The notes beneath the pieces were generated by a model, which did no database searches, was not told where the DNA came from, and saw nothing but the letters and a program-made list of their open reading frames with translations. From positions 1-49,738 of the forward strand of contig SVGX01000004.1 of the NCBI GenBank assembly GCA_015056105.1: DNA of 49,738 nt. Reading direction: 5' to 3'. The translations under genes were made by a program, and so were the position numbers. This document shows positions 1-9,930 of this stretch, in pieces. This DNA is from Clostridiales bacterium (GTDB taxonomy: Bacteria > Bacillota > Clostridia > Christensenellales > CAG-138). Position 1 is the first letter of the stretch. The number at the start of each line of letters is the position of its first letter.

Positions 1-982
1 CATCAACGAGCGCATGATGGTGATCCCCAACATTATTGATCCCACTGTGCCCATCGGCAAGGATGACAGCGAAAACGTGGAACTCGAGCGCTTTGGCGAG
101 CCAGCTGTTCCCGAATATGAGGTGCCTTACCATGTGGACATCATGGAAAGCGTAAAGGGCATTGACCTTGACAACGCCCGCAAAACCAGCGGCAACGGCT
201 TCTATTACCTTTGCGGCGACATCGCAAGGCTGCAGAGCGCCATCCTTTCCTATGCCCGTGATTTCATGATCGATAAGGGCTTCACCTATTACATCCCTCC
301 CTTTATGATCCGCGGCAACGTGGTAAGCGGCGTGATGAGCTTTGCCGAGATGGACAACATGATGTACAAGATCGAAGGCGAAGACCTGTACCTCATCGGC
401 ACCAGCGAACATTCCATGATCGGCAAGTTCATCGATTCTTTCCTGACCGAAGAGGAACTGCCCCAGACGCTGACCAGCTATTCCCCCTGCTTCCGCAAGG
501 AAGTTGGCGCCCACGGCATTGAAGAGCGCGGCGTTTACCGCATCCACCAGTTTGAAAAGCAGGAGATGATCGTGGTTTGCCGCCCGGAAGAAAGCCCCGA
601 GTGGTTTGAAAAGCTCTGGAAATACTCCGTGGAATTCTTCCGCACGCTGGATATCCCCGTGCGCACCATCGAGTGCTGCAGCGGCGACCTTGCGGACCTG
701 AAGGTGAAGAGCATTGACGTGGAGGCATGGTCTCCCCGCCAGAAGAAATACTTTGAGGTGGGCAGCTGCTCCAACCTTGGCGATGCGCAGGCGCGCAGGC
801 TCGGCATCCGCGTGAAGAACAAGCAGAAGGGAAACTACTTCGCCCACACGCTAAACAACACCGTGGTGGCGCCCCCGCGCATGCTCATCGCATTCCTTGA
901 AAACAACCTGCAGGCGGATGGCAGCATCCGTATCCCCGAAGCCCTGAGAATGTATATGGGCGGCAAGGACTGCATTCGCTGA
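1..982 (+). CDS. serS: Seryl-tRNA synthetase, 5'-truncated by the window edge
   Basis: Class II aaRS motifs: YLIGTSEH, YSPCFRKEVG, RGVYRIHQFEKQE, EVGSCSN, HTLNNT, LENN..ADGSIRIPEAL. Confidence 0.97.
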   Translation, partial: INERMMVIPNIIDPTVPIGKDDSENVELERFGEPAVPEYEVPYHVDIMESVKGIDLDNARKTSGNGFYYLCGDIARLQSAILSYARDFMIDKGFTYYIPPFMIRGNVVSGVMSFAEMDNMMYKIEGEDLYLIGTSEHSMIGKFIDSFLTEEELPQTLTSYSPCFRKEVGAHGIEERGVYRIHQFEKQEMIVVCRPEESPEWFEKLWKYSVEFFRTLDIPVRTIECCSGDLADLKVKSIDVEAWSPRQKKYFEVGSCSNLGDAQARRLGIRVKNKQKGNYFAHTLNNTVVAPPRMLIAFLENNLQADGSIRIPEALRMYMGGKDCIR

Positions 983-1052
983 ACAAGCATAACACATACC
1001 ACCTGACGGGCGGGCCGCCGAGGCGCCGCCCGTCGCTTTACCCGTTTGCAGG

Positions 1053-1496
1053 GTGCAAAGAAAGGAGAGAACGCTCTTGCTGGCAAGAATGATGCTTTTA
1101 CTGTGTGCTGCGGCGCTGCTTTCGGGCTGCGCACAGCAGACCGGGGCGGAATATGCCGCACCTGCACCTTCTGCGACGCCTGCTGCAGCCCTGGAAACGC
1201 CCGCGCCGGAAGGGTTTGAGGCAATGCTCACATCGCACACCTGGCAGGACGTGTATGATGACAGTTTTTGGCTGGAATTTGACCTTCGGCAAGGCACGAT
1301 GACGGAAAACAACCGGGTTTTAGAAAGTAAAACAACATACCGTATTACGATTGACAAAGAAAAATCGGTTTTTTTGGCAGAAAACGGCGGCGAAAAGAAG
1401 GAAATTCCCTTCCGGTTGGAAAACGAATATCTTACGGTGGACTTTGGCGATCCCCTTGGCGAGATATTGTACCAGGCGGTGGATAAGACCCCATGA
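1053..1496 (+). CDS. Hypothetical lipoprotein
   Basis: Hydrophobic signal with lipobox LLSGC, then a Pro/Ala linker and a small beta-rich domain; start codon uncertain. Confidence 0.7.
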   Translation: MQRKERTLLLARMMLLLCAAALLSGCAQQTGAEYAAPAPSATPAAALETPAPEGFEAMLTSHTWQDVYDDSFWLEFDLRQGTMTENNRVLESKTTYRITIDKEKSVFLAENGGEKKEIPFRLENEYLTVDFGDPLGEILYQAVDKTP

Positions 1497-1515
1497 GATT
1501 GTGGTAAAATGTGTG

Positions 1516-1534
1516 CCGCAACCAACGGTTGCGG
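1516..1534. promoter_or_regulatory. Inverted repeat CCGCAACC-aac-GGTTGCGG, candidate operator of the downstream XRE regulator
   Basis: Perfect 8-bp arms; an extra GGTTGCGG half-site lies near 1581-1588, just before a TATGAT -10-like hexamer. Confidence 0.5.
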
Positions 1535-1640
1535 AGGGTTTCGGCCCGCTGAAAAGCGAAGTTGGTGGCGATGCAGCCCCGGTTGCGGCTATGATGAAAA
1601 CACCGAAAACAGGGCATTGCCATTGAAAGGACGGAAACGA

Positions 1641-2411
1641 ATGAATATTGAGATCGCAAACAGGCTGGTACAGCTCAGAAAGGCACACGGATATTCCCAG
1701 GAATCCCTTGCGGCGGCGCTGGGCATTTCCCGGCAGGCGGTGAGCAAATGGGAAAGGGCGGAATCCTCCCCGGAGCTTGAGAATGTGCTGGAACTTGCCC
1801 GCATTTACGGCATCACGCTGGATGCGCTGCTCAAAGGGGAGGCGGCAGCCGCGCCTGTGGAAGAAGCGGATACCACCGGACAGGCAGAGGAAACAGAGGC
1901 CGGTGCTTATCAAAAAGCAAATGCCGGCTATCCTGAAGCGAAGGCGGTTTATGAACAGGCGGAAGACATCCTGCAGGAAACGGATGGATACGATGCGGAA
2001 CAGGATGCGTGCATTGACAGCAGCGAAGAAGAGGACGGCAGCGGATCGTTCCGTTTTTCTGCCTCGCTGTACATTGATGACAGCGAAAACGGGAAGAAAG
2101 GCGCATGGCACGCGTTTCCTTACCCGATACTGACGGGGATCCTGTATCTTCTTGCGGGATTCCTTTTTGGAAAGTGGCTTGAAGGATGCCTGCTGTTCCT
2201 GACGGTACCCGTTTATTACAGCATCGCAAACTGGTTTGACGGCGGAAAAAAGGGCAGCTTTCTTACGGCGGTGCCCTATTCCGTCGTAACGGTGATCGTG
2301 TATCTGGTGGCGGGACTTTTCTTTGACGCATGGCATCCCACATGGCTTGTTTTTCTGACGATACCGCTTTATTATGCCGCTGCGGATGCTACGGCGCGGC
2401 GCAAAAAATAG
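1641..2411 (+). CDS. XRE-family HTH regulator with acidic linker and C-terminal transmembrane region
   Basis: LVQLRKAHGYSQESLAAALGISRQAVSKWERAESSPE HTH; start reassigned to ATG 1641 behind AAAGGA. Confidence 0.9.
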   Translation: MNIEIANRLVQLRKAHGYSQESLAAALGISRQAVSKWERAESSPELENVLELARIYGITLDALLKGEAAAAPVEEADTTGQAEETEAGAYQKANAGYPEAKAVYEQAEDILQETDGYDAEQDACIDSSEEEDGSGSFRFSASLYIDDSENGKKGAWHAFPYPILTGILYLLAGFLFGKWLEGCLLFLTVPVYYSIANWFDGGKKGSFLTAVPYSVVTVIVYLVAGLFFDAWHPTWLVFLTIPLYYAAADATARRKK

Positions 2412-2568
2412 ATCCTGCGATAACCAAAAAGCGGACTGTCTGCCGCGGCGGGGCGCCGAGCTGTCTGTTTCCCGGGACTTGCAGAGGAGGACAGATTCCT
2501 TTTATAATAGAAAAAGAATACAGGCAGATGGCAGCCGTGAAACAAAACGGAAAAGGAGATCGATTCGG

Positions 2569-4065
2569 ATGCAGGATACTGTAAAACGCTTTAAGGCGCA
2601 CCTTGCGAAGATGCACGCATATTCCCATGCGATGGGCGTGCTTTACTATGACTCGGAAACCGCCATGCCCAAGGGCGGCGTGGAAGGGCTCGGCGCTACC
2701 ATCGGCGTGATGAGCGAGGAAAGCTATCGGCTTTCCACCGCGCCGGAGCTTAAGGAGATGCTCAGGACCCTCAACGAAAACAAGGATGCCCTTGACATGG
2801 TCACCCGCCGGGAGGCAGAAGAGATGGCGGAGGAGCTTTCCCGCATGGAAAAGATCCCGATGGAGGAATTCGTAGCCTACCAGGTGGCGCAGAACGAAGC
2901 GGGCAACGTCTGGCGTCAGGCGAAGGTGAACAACGATTTTGCTGCCTTTGCACCCCACCTTGAAAAGCTGATCGGTTATCAGAGAAAGTTCGCTGGCTAT
3001 ATCCACCCGGAAATGAAGGCTTACGATGCGCTGCTTGACCAGTACGAAAAGGGCCTTACCATGGAGACCCTTGACGCATACTTCAAAAACGTAAGGGAAA
3101 AGCTGGTGCCGCTGATCCATGCGATCGCCGAGCGGGGCAGGAAGATCGACACAAGCTTCCTTGATAAGGAATTTGCCGTGGAAAAGCAAAAGCAGCTTTC
3201 CGACCACATCATGAAAGTGATGTGTATCGACCGCAGCTTCTGCGCCATCGGCGAGACGGAACATCCCTTTACCACCAATTTCAACAAGCGGGATGTGCGC
3301 ATTACCACCCATTATTATCCGGAAAGCCTGCTTTCCAGCTTCTACAGCGTGGTGCACGAGGGCGGCCATGCCACATACGAGCTCAACACCGGCGATGATC
3401 TGTTCGGTTCGCCCCTTGGCGGCGGCGCCAGCATGGGCATCCACGAATCCCAGTCCCGCTTCTTTGAAAACATCATCGGCAGGAGCAGGGAATTTATCGG
3501 CCTTGTGTATCCGAAGCTCATGGAGCTTTTCCCGGAAGAGCTCAAGGGTGTGACGGAAGAGATGCTTTACCTTGCCGCCAACAGGAGCGAGCCTTCGCTG
3601 ATCCGCACGGAGGCGGATGAGCTGACATATTCTTTGCACATCATGGTGCGCTATGAGCTGGAAAAACAGCTGATCGGCGGCACGCTCACCGTGAAAGAGC
3701 TGCCCGAAAAGTGGAATGCCCTTTACAAGGAATACCTTGGTGTGGATGTGCCCGATGACAGCCGCGGCGTGCTGCAGGATACCCACTGGTCCGGCGGGAT
3801 GTTCGGTTACTTTCCTTCCTATTCCATCGGCAGCGCCTACGCTTCGCAGATCTATGATGCGATGATGAAGGAGATGGATGTGCCCGCCCTTGTAAAGGAA
3901 GGAAAGCTTCAGCCTGTGATCGATTGGCTGACGGAAAAGATCTACCGCTTCGGCTGCCTCAAGAAGCCGGGCGAGCTGATTGAAAATGCCTGCGGTGCGG
4001 CATTCGATCCCGGGTATTATACGGATTATCTGAAGGAAAAGTATTCCGCCATTTACGGGCTGTAA
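2569..4065 (+). CDS. Carboxypeptidase, M32 (Taq) family
   Basis: HPF, DVRITT, HEGGH, HESQS, IRTEADELTY, QDTHW and GYFPSY motifs; ATG 2569 follows AAGGAG. Confidence 0.95.
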   Translation: MQDTVKRFKAHLAKMHAYSHAMGVLYYDSETAMPKGGVEGLGATIGVMSEESYRLSTAPELKEMLRTLNENKDALDMVTRREAEEMAEELSRMEKIPMEEFVAYQVAQNEAGNVWRQAKVNNDFAAFAPHLEKLIGYQRKFAGYIHPEMKAYDALLDQYEKGLTMETLDAYFKNVREKLVPLIHAIAERGRKIDTSFLDKEFAVEKQKQLSDHIMKVMCIDRSFCAIGETEHPFTTNFNKRDVRITTHYYPESLLSSFYSVVHEGGHATYELNTGDDLFGSPLGGGASMGIHESQSRFFENIIGRSREFIGLVYPKLMELFPEELKGVTEEMLYLAANRSEPSLIRTEADELTYSLHIMVRYELEKQLIGGTLTVKELPEKWNALYKEYLGVDVPDDSRGVLQDTHWSGGMFGYFPSYSIGSAYASQIYDAMMKEMDVPALVKEGKLQPVIDWLTEKIYRFGCLKKPGELIENACGAAFDPGYYTDYLKEKYSAIYGL

Positions 4066-4072
4066 AAAAGAC

Positions 4073-4110
4073 AAAAAGAACGGCAGACGGTCACACCGTC
4101 TGCCGTTTTG
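4073..4110. terminator. Bidirectional intrinsic terminator
   Basis: AACGGCAGACGG/CCGTCTGCCGTT stem with A/T flanks between convergent genes. Confidence 0.85.
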
Positions 4111-4120
4111 CTGTTGGCGG

Positions 4121-4858
4121 TCAGAAGGGAAGGGAGATGCCGAGACGCTCTTCCATGAAGCGAAGGAAGGCGGAAAAATCGCCGTGGCGGAATTGGGTGA
4201 TATCCATACCGTGCTCGTTTTCAAGGTGGTCGGTAATAAGAAAGCCCTCTATGCCCACCGCAAGGGCGGACATATCATCGGAAGGGTTGTTCCCGATCAT
4301 CAGACACTCCTCCGGCTTTTTGCCGAGAAGCCCGAGAATCTCCAGATAATAGCCCGGCTGCGGCTTGCAGAAAGTGGAATTATCATATGTCGTGACATGG
4401 ACAAAATCCTCCGGCACAAGGCCGATCCAATCAAGGCGGGAGCGGATGGCTTCCGGCGGGAACAGGGGATTGGTGGCAAGGCAGAGGGTGAACCCTGCCG
4501 CCTTGAGCGCATCGATCAGGGCGCGCACAGGCTTGACTTTTTTCATGATGGACTTCGTCTTGTTGAATTCGTTGGCATAAAAGCCTTCAAGAGGCCTTTC
4601 AAGGGCACGCCCTTTTTCGCCCCATATGGCGGTAAAACCCTCCCAGAAGGCATCCATGTTTTTACGGGAACCGTCGTTTGCGATCATCCGATCCGTGGCT
4701 TTCCACATGGAGGCGAGGAAGGGCTTCTTTTCATAACCGTATTGGGCGGCTTTTTCCGCAAGGTGGACGAAATATGTATCGATAAATTCCGTTTGGTCGA
4801 TGGGCAGAAGCGTGCCGTCAAGGTCGAACAGAACGGTGGTAATGGCATGCTGTGTCAT
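4121..4858 (-). CDS. HAD-superfamily hydrolase
   Basis: LFDLDGTL, LATN, KP and IGNNPSDD motifs; start taken at MTQHAIT. Confidence 0.92.
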   Translation of the reverse strand: MTQHAITTVLFDLDGTLLPIDQTEFIDTYFVHLAEKAAQYGYEKKPFLASMWKATDRMIANDGSRKNMDAFWEGFTAIWGEKGRALERPLEGFYANEFNKTKSIMKKVKPVRALIDALKAAGFTLCLATNPLFPPEAIRSRLDWIGLVPEDFVHVTTYDNSTFCKPQPGYYLEILGLLGKKPEECLMIGNNPSDDMSALAVGIEGFLITDHLENEHGMDITQFRHGDFSAFLRFMEERLGISLPF

Positions 4859-4951
4859 GGGAAACTCCTTCAAAAAACGTTCTACCCATGATACCACGAA
4901 AAAAAGCCGCCTGTCACCACACAAGTGTGAACAAACGGCAAAATGCATTAT

Positions 4952-5710
4952 TTATGAAAGCGGCGGCAGCAGTTTTATGCGGTATTCTTCTTCATCCCCA
5001 TAGGTATAGCCGATGTAACCGGGGATATCCGCCAGCTTATCAAGCAGAAAGGGATGATCCGCACAGCCGGAAAGCAGAAGGCGAATGCTGCCGTTTTTAT
5101 CGGGTGTAAGCAGGAACATGCGGGGTGTGCCATCGCTGTAAAACCCGAAGAGGGTAAAGGTGCCGTCCGCGTTGGTGATGTAAGTTCCTTCCTCCACAAG
5201 GCGGGAATCCGCATACAGGGAATATGTGCCGCAGCCATCTTCGTCAGGCCAATCCACAGCAAGGGAAAGGAAGAGAAAAGGCACGCTGCCTTCTTCCGGC
5301 TGATACTGATAGGTGCCCACAAGGGAGGGCGGTGCTTCCGCCCTAAGGAAAAGGAGGGGCAGCGCAATGAGCAGCACCACCGCAAGCGCCACAAGGAAAA
5401 CGGTACGCTGCTGCCGTTGATGTGCGCGCCGCTGGGCAAGGGTTTCTTCAAGCATATTTGCGGCAAGAGCTTCCACGGCGGCGGAGGGGGGCACTTCCTG
5501 CTGTTCACCGCCAAAGAGCGCTGCAACGGAAAGGGAGAGGGCATTGCATAGGGGCTCAACGAGGGAAACATCCGGAAAGCCTTTGCCCCGTTCCCACTTG
5601 GAAACAGTGGTATCGGAAATATGGAGAAGTGAGGCGAGCTGTTTTTGCGTGAGGGATTTTTCCCGGCGCGCGGATGCGATCAGCTCGCCTGTTTTTTCGT
5701 AGGTCTGCAT
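4952..5710 (-). CDS. XRE-family HTH regulator with one TM helix and an extracellular domain
   Basis: RREKSLTQKQLASLLHISDTTVSKWERGKGFPD; TM segment VFLVALAVVLLIALPLLFL; GGAGGT RBS. Confidence 0.9.
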   Translation of the reverse strand: MQTYEKTGELIASARREKSLTQKQLASLLHISDTTVSKWERGKGFPDVSLVEPLCNALSLSVAALFGGEQQEVPPSAAVEALAANMLEETLAQRRAHQRQQRTVFLVALAVVLLIALPLLFLRAEAPPSLVGTYQYQPEEGSVPFLFLSLAVDWPDEDGCGTYSLYADSRLVEEGTYITNADGTFTLFGFYSDGTPRMFLLTPDKNGSIRLLLSGCADHPFLLDKLADIPGYIGYTYGDEEEYRIKLLPPLS

Positions 5711-5826
5711 AGGTCACCTCCGCTTACAGAATACAGGATAGCGGCAAAAGAAGCAACCGACGCTTCGTCAAGTGAGAAAAGGGAACAAAAATGCCCGGGC
5801 AGAGGCCCGGGCGAAGGGGTCGGCTT

Positions 5827-5967
5827 TTATTTTTCCTTCTTGGCGAAAACGCGGTTCAGAAGGGCCACAAAGCCCCAGATGACCACGATGACCGCGAAGA
5901 TGCCCACAAGGCCCTTGAGCATGATGGGAAGGGTGACGGCGAGGGATTCGGGATTCCAGGAAAGCAT
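5827..5967 (-). CDS. Small single-TM protein, OadG-like decarboxylase gamma subunit (46 aa, not in the ORF track)
   Basis: My translation: MLSWNPESLAVTLPIMLKGLVGIFAVIVVIWGFVALLNRVFAKKEK; AGGAGGT RBS overlaps the oadB stop. Confidence 0.8.
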   Translation of the reverse strand: MLSWNPESLAVTLPIMLKGLVGIFAVIVVIWGFVALLNRVFAKKEK

Positions 5968-5979
5968 AGCGTGACCTCC

Positions 5980-7086
5980 TTAGAGCAGATTTTCCACGAG
6001 TGTGATGATGAGACCGCCGGCGATAACGGAAGCGATCTGGCCGGAAACGTTGGCGCCTGCCGCATGCATGAGAAGGAAGTTTTGCGGATCTTCATCACGG
6101 CCCATTTTATGCACCACACGGCTGGACATGGGGAAGGCAGAGATACCTGCCGCACCCACCATGGGATTGATCTTGTTTTTGCTGAAGAGGTTCAGAAGCT
6201 TTGCGAACATGACGCCGCCCACAGTATCGAACACAAAGGCCACAAGGCCGAGGGCGATGATGAGGAGCGTTTCAACGGTCACAAAGAGCTCCGCCTTCAT
6301 CTTGAAGGCAACGCTGATGCCAAGGAGCAGCGTGATGAGGTTTGCGAGCACGTTCTGCGCGGTGCCGGAAAGGCTGTCGAGCACGCCGCACTCACGGATG
6401 AGGTTACCGAACATCAGGAAGCCGATGAGCTCCGCGGATTTCGGTGCGATGGTGCCGGCGATGACGGTGACGAAGATGGGGAAGATGATCTTCGTGGCCT
6501 TGGTGACGGAATCCGGCTTATAGGGCATGCGGATGAGCCGTTCTTTTTTGCTGGTGATGGCCTTGATGACCGGCGGCTGCACGATGGGCACGAGCGCCAT
6601 GTAGGAATAGGCTGCCACCATGATGGGGCCCTGATAATTGGAAGAAAAATAGTTGGCGACGTAGATGGAGGTGGGGCCATCTGCCGCGCCGATGATGGAG
6701 ATAGAGGCCGCATCCTTCAGATCGAAGCCGAGGAGCATGGCGACGGTGAGGGTGAAGAAGATGCCGAATTGGGCCGCAGCACCAAAGAGGAACATCTTCG
6801 GGTTGGAAAGAAGGGGGCCGAAGTCGATCATGGCGCCAATGCCGATGAAGAGGAGAAGCGGGAACAGCTCGCTGGCGATGCCGGCGTTGAAAAGGGTCTC
6901 AATCGCCTCCGTGTGTACCATGGGAAGGTTCACAAGGATGGCACCAAAGCCCATCGGGAGCAGCAGCGCGGGTTCCATTTCCCGCTTGATGGCAAGCACG
7001 ATGAGGGTGATGCCGATCAGGATCATAAGCCCCTGCTGCCAGGTGAAGTTGAGGACGTTGCCGAACAGTTCCAGAATGAAATCCAA
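5980..7086 (-). CDS. oadB: Na+-translocating decarboxylase beta subunit (OadB/GcdB/MmdB family)
   Basis: EPALLLPMGFG, IGAMIDFGPLL, IIGAADGPT, AAYSYMALVP, GAAGISAFP, LLMHAAGANVSGQIAS; TTG start after AGGAGG. Confidence 0.95.
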   Translation of the reverse strand: MDFILELFGNVLNFTWQQGLMILIGITLIVLAIKREMEPALLLPMGFGAILVNLPMVHTEAIETLFNAGIASELFPLLLFIGIGAMIDFGPLLSNPKMFLFGAAAQFGIFFTLTVAMLLGFDLKDAASISIIGAADGPTSIYVANYFSSNYQGPIMVAAYSYMALVPIVQPPVIKAITSKKERLIRMPYKPDSVTKATKIIFPIFVTVIAGTIAPKSAELIGFLMFGNLIRECGVLDSLSGTAQNVLANLITLLLGISVAFKMKAELFVTVETLLIIALGLVAFVFDTVGGVMFAKLLNLFSKNKINPMVGAAGISAFPMSSRVVHKMGRDEDPQNFLLMHAAGANVSGQIASVIAGGLIITLVENLL

Positions 7087-7402
7087 GGCGAAATACCTCC
7101 TAAGATCGTTTGGGGGAGGGAAACCAACAACCTCCCCCTTATAAATATGATTTTACCAAAGTCAAGGAGAAGGGACAAGGTAAAAATATCAAAACCATGT
7201 CGATATAGATTGTAAAACATGATGAGAGACATTCGGTACGACGATGAAAGGAAAGATGTGAATAAACTGAAAATATGCTGAAAGGCCTGCCGCTTGGTAT
7301 TGAAACCGGCCTGGTTATCTTATATAGTAAAAATAAGAGGCATTTCTATCGTTGATTAAAAAAGGGTTTCAACACAAAACAGCATAAAAAAGGAGGAGCG
7401 GT

Positions 7403-7840
7403 ATGAGAAAACGGAACATTTTGATCGCTGTGCTTTGCTGCGTATTGGTTTTTTCGGCGTTTCCCGGTAAAGGTGAAGCGGCGCCGCAAAGGGAGTGCGT
7501 GCAGCAATACCAATCGGCCCGCATAGGCTTTGCGACCGGAAACGGGGAAGAGGGATGCAATGCTTACGACATGGTGTTTGACGCAGTGGCGAAGTTTTGT
7601 GCATACTACAATTCTCTTTCCGGCGGCAGCTTTGGCGAGGTGATGAGCTGCGGCATTGACAGCGGAACAGAGCTTCGCATCAACCTCAGCACAGACCGCC
7701 TGCTGACCGCAAAGGAGGCTGCCCAATTTGAAAAGCACAGCGTTCAGGTACTGTATGACATGATCGCAGCCATTGAAAAGAACGTGCCCCTTGCGGAAAA
7801 TGTTATGATTTGTGTGAAGACGTATTATCCTGCGGCGTAA
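7403..7840 (+). CDS. Hypothetical secreted protein
   Basis: AAGGAGG RBS, signal peptide, followed by a terminator. Confidence 0.75.
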   Translation: MRKRNILIAVLCCVLVFSAFPGKGEAAPQRECVQQYQSARIGFATGNGEEGCNAYDMVFDAVAKFCAYYNSLSGGSFGEVMSCGIDSGTELRINLSTDRLLTAKEAAQFEKHSVQVLYDMIAAIEKNVPLAENVMICVKTYYPAA

Positions 7841-7850
7841 TAGAGGAAAG

Positions 7851-7882
7851 AAAAACCGCCCCGAAAAATCGGGGCGGTTTTT
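7851..7882. terminator. Bidirectional intrinsic terminator
   Basis: AAAAACCGCCCCG/CGGGGCGGTTTTT. Confidence 0.9.
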
Positions 7883-7916
7883 GATTTGCCTGTCTTAGAG
7901 GGTCGGAGCGCAGCCC

Positions 7917-9317
7917 TTATTTGAAGGAGGTGCCGCCGCCCTTTTCGATGCTGGTCAGGTACTTGGCGGAAATGAGACCATCGGCATCAAACTCGTGATG
8001 GATGTTGTATTCCGGGGAAATGTACACGTTGACGGAGGAGATGGCGGTGCCGGTGTCGGTGAGCGTCTGCCATTCTTCCTTGACACGGCTGATGTTGTTG
8101 GGAAGATAGATGTACTCGCCGTCGATCATGTAGTTGGTGTCCGCAAGGGGCAGGTCGCTGCTTTCGCAGGGGAAGACCGCCGGGTCGGACATATCGATAC
8201 GGTTCAGGTAGGGAATCCCATCACCGTCATACATGACGAAATAGAGGTAGCAGCCATCGAGGATGGGCTGATAGGAAGGAACATAGGTGATGTTGACATC
8301 CGCATCATGGGCGATGTTGTAAAGGTGCAGCGATTCATCATCCGCATCATCCTGGAAGACGATCCAGTTTTCGCAGATGAAATAGGGATAGTAGAGCTCA
8401 CGGTTTACTACGGTGGTCAGATCATTGCCGTCCATATCCGTGGAAACGAAGTGATAATCCGCATCGGTGAAGTACAGGCGGCCGTTATAGATCTGCAGAT
8501 AGTCGCAGGCGCCGTCATAAAGGACTTCCACATCGCCGCCCGCAAGGGGAACACGGCAGATGGCGCTGTAATCCCGAACGTAGTAGAGGTGATCCCCTTC
8601 GATGCAGAGATAATTCGCAATGCCGCTTGCATCAAGATCGGTGACCTCGCCGAAGGAGGGGAAGTCGCCCTTCATGGTGAAAGCGGTGGCGCCGAGGGAG
8701 CCGCTAAGGGTAACGCTGTGGGAAAGACCGTACAGCACATCATCCTTGACGATGTAGCCGCCGCCTGCCATGAAGGTGCTCATGGCGGTGGTCTCCTGCT
8801 CGGAGAAGTTGGGTGCATAGGTGCGCCAGGGGTTGTTCAGGATGGCATCCGGCATTTCTTCCTGATTGACGAGGGTGAAGACGGAACCGTCCGCCACGGT
8901 GACGGTCAAAAGTCCCTCATCGGTAACAGCGGCTTTGGCTTCCTGATCGCCAAAGGTGAAGGTGGCGCTTTCGCCGCTGCCGCTCCAGCTGCTCTTGAAG
9001 AGCTCGTCAAAATAAACGCAGGTCACGGTGCCGTCCGCAGCAAAGCCGCAGGAGAGGGTATGATCCGCAGGGCCAAAGATGTCGGTGAGGAAATCGCCTT
9101 CATATTCGGAACCGTCAACGGCCATCTTGGTAACCACCCAAAAACCGGAATCGATGGTGACGGTGGGTTCGGGTTTGGGCGCGGCAGTCGGTGCGGCGGT
9201 CATAGAAGGGGGAGCGGGCAGTTTGGTTGAAACGGGATCTTCTGGGTTCTTGCCGCAGCCTGCAAACAGGGAAACCGCAAGAAGCACGCAAAGAAGCGCA
9301 GCAAGATATTGTTTCAT
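7917..9317 (-). CDS. Lipoprotein with C-terminal beta-propeller repeats (DUF5050-like)
   Basis: Lipobox LFAGC, Pro-rich linker, repeated units such as GDHLYYV, NGRLYFTD, ENWIVFQD, GCYLYFV, GEYIYL; GGAGGT RBS. Confidence 0.8.
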   Translation of the reverse strand: MKQYLAALLCVLLAVSLFAGCGKNPEDPVSTKLPAPPSMTAAPTAAPKPEPTVTIDSGFWVVTKMAVDGSEYEGDFLTDIFGPADHTLSCGFAADGTVTCVYFDELFKSSWSGSGESATFTFGDQEAKAAVTDEGLLTVTVADGSVFTLVNQEEMPDAILNNPWRTYAPNFSEQETTAMSTFMAGGGYIVKDDVLYGLSHSVTLSGSLGATAFTMKGDFPSFGEVTDLDASGIANYLCIEGDHLYYVRDYSAICRVPLAGGDVEVLYDGACDYLQIYNGRLYFTDADYHFVSTDMDGNDLTTVVNRELYYPYFICENWIVFQDDADDESLHLYNIAHDADVNITYVPSYQPILDGCYLYFVMYDGDGIPYLNRIDMSDPAVFPCESSDLPLADTNYMIDGEYIYLPNNISRVKEEWQTLTDTGTAISSVNVYISPEYNIHHEFDADGLISAKYLTSIEKGGGTSFK

Positions 9318-9521
9318 GTTTATACCTCCGGAACAGGATATTTCAAGCCGGAAAACGCATGTTTTGCCGGTATGAGACAAGGGGAAAGTATGATGCCATA
9401 TTACTGATGGCAGAGCGTTTTTGTAAAGAGTATTCTATCAAAAGAAATGGGGGTAATTCAACATTTCTAACCAAAATTCACGTTAGCAGACAGTTTTTAT
9501 GGAACGGAGATTTCTATGTGT

Positions 9522-9555
9522 AAAAAATGCCGCCCCGATGTTTCGGAGCGGCGTT
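9522..9555 (-). terminator. Intrinsic terminator of the pepF operon
   Basis: GC stem followed by a U6 tract on the minus strand. Confidence 0.75.
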
Positions 9556-9572
9556 GGTGTTGGCGCTTGCTG

Positions 9573-9899
9573 TTACTCCCAATCGATGGCATCCACGGAG
9601 GCGAGGTATTCTTCCGTGAAGTCGAGGTAGTCCTCCGCAAGGCGCATGCAGTACATCTTATACTGCGGGTAGGCTTTCTGCAGCCTGGCGAAGATGAGTT
9701 CATAGGCGTCATCGTCATCGTAGACTTCGCCTTCGTTGGCGCCGGAGGACTGCATGTATTCCTCATCATAGGAAAGCATGGCGTCCACGATCTCGGGCAG
9801 TTCCCCTTCCTTCAGGAAGTCAAAGTCGCCCTCGGCGGTGAACTTGTTGAGGATATAGGCGCGCAGTTCCTGTACATCGATCCCTTCGTACATGGTCAT
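9573..9899 (-). CDS. Small acidic hypothetical protein
   Basis: AAAGGAG RBS, host-like codon usage, lies downstream of pepF. Confidence 0.8.
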   Translation of the reverse strand: MTMYEGIDVQELRAYILNKFTAEGDFDFLKEGELPEIVDAMLSYDEEYMQSSGANEGEVYDDDDAYELIFARLQKAYPQYKMYCMRLAEDYLDFTEEYLASVDAIDWE

Positions 9900-9930
9900 T
9901 CTCCTTTATGATTGATAATTTTGTTTTTGT

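Noticed and set aside
9353-9364. AAAC-GCAT-GTTT as a second LexA box
   Set aside because: Two mismatches to GAAC-N4-GTTC and an unrelated downstream lipoprotein gene; too weak to call
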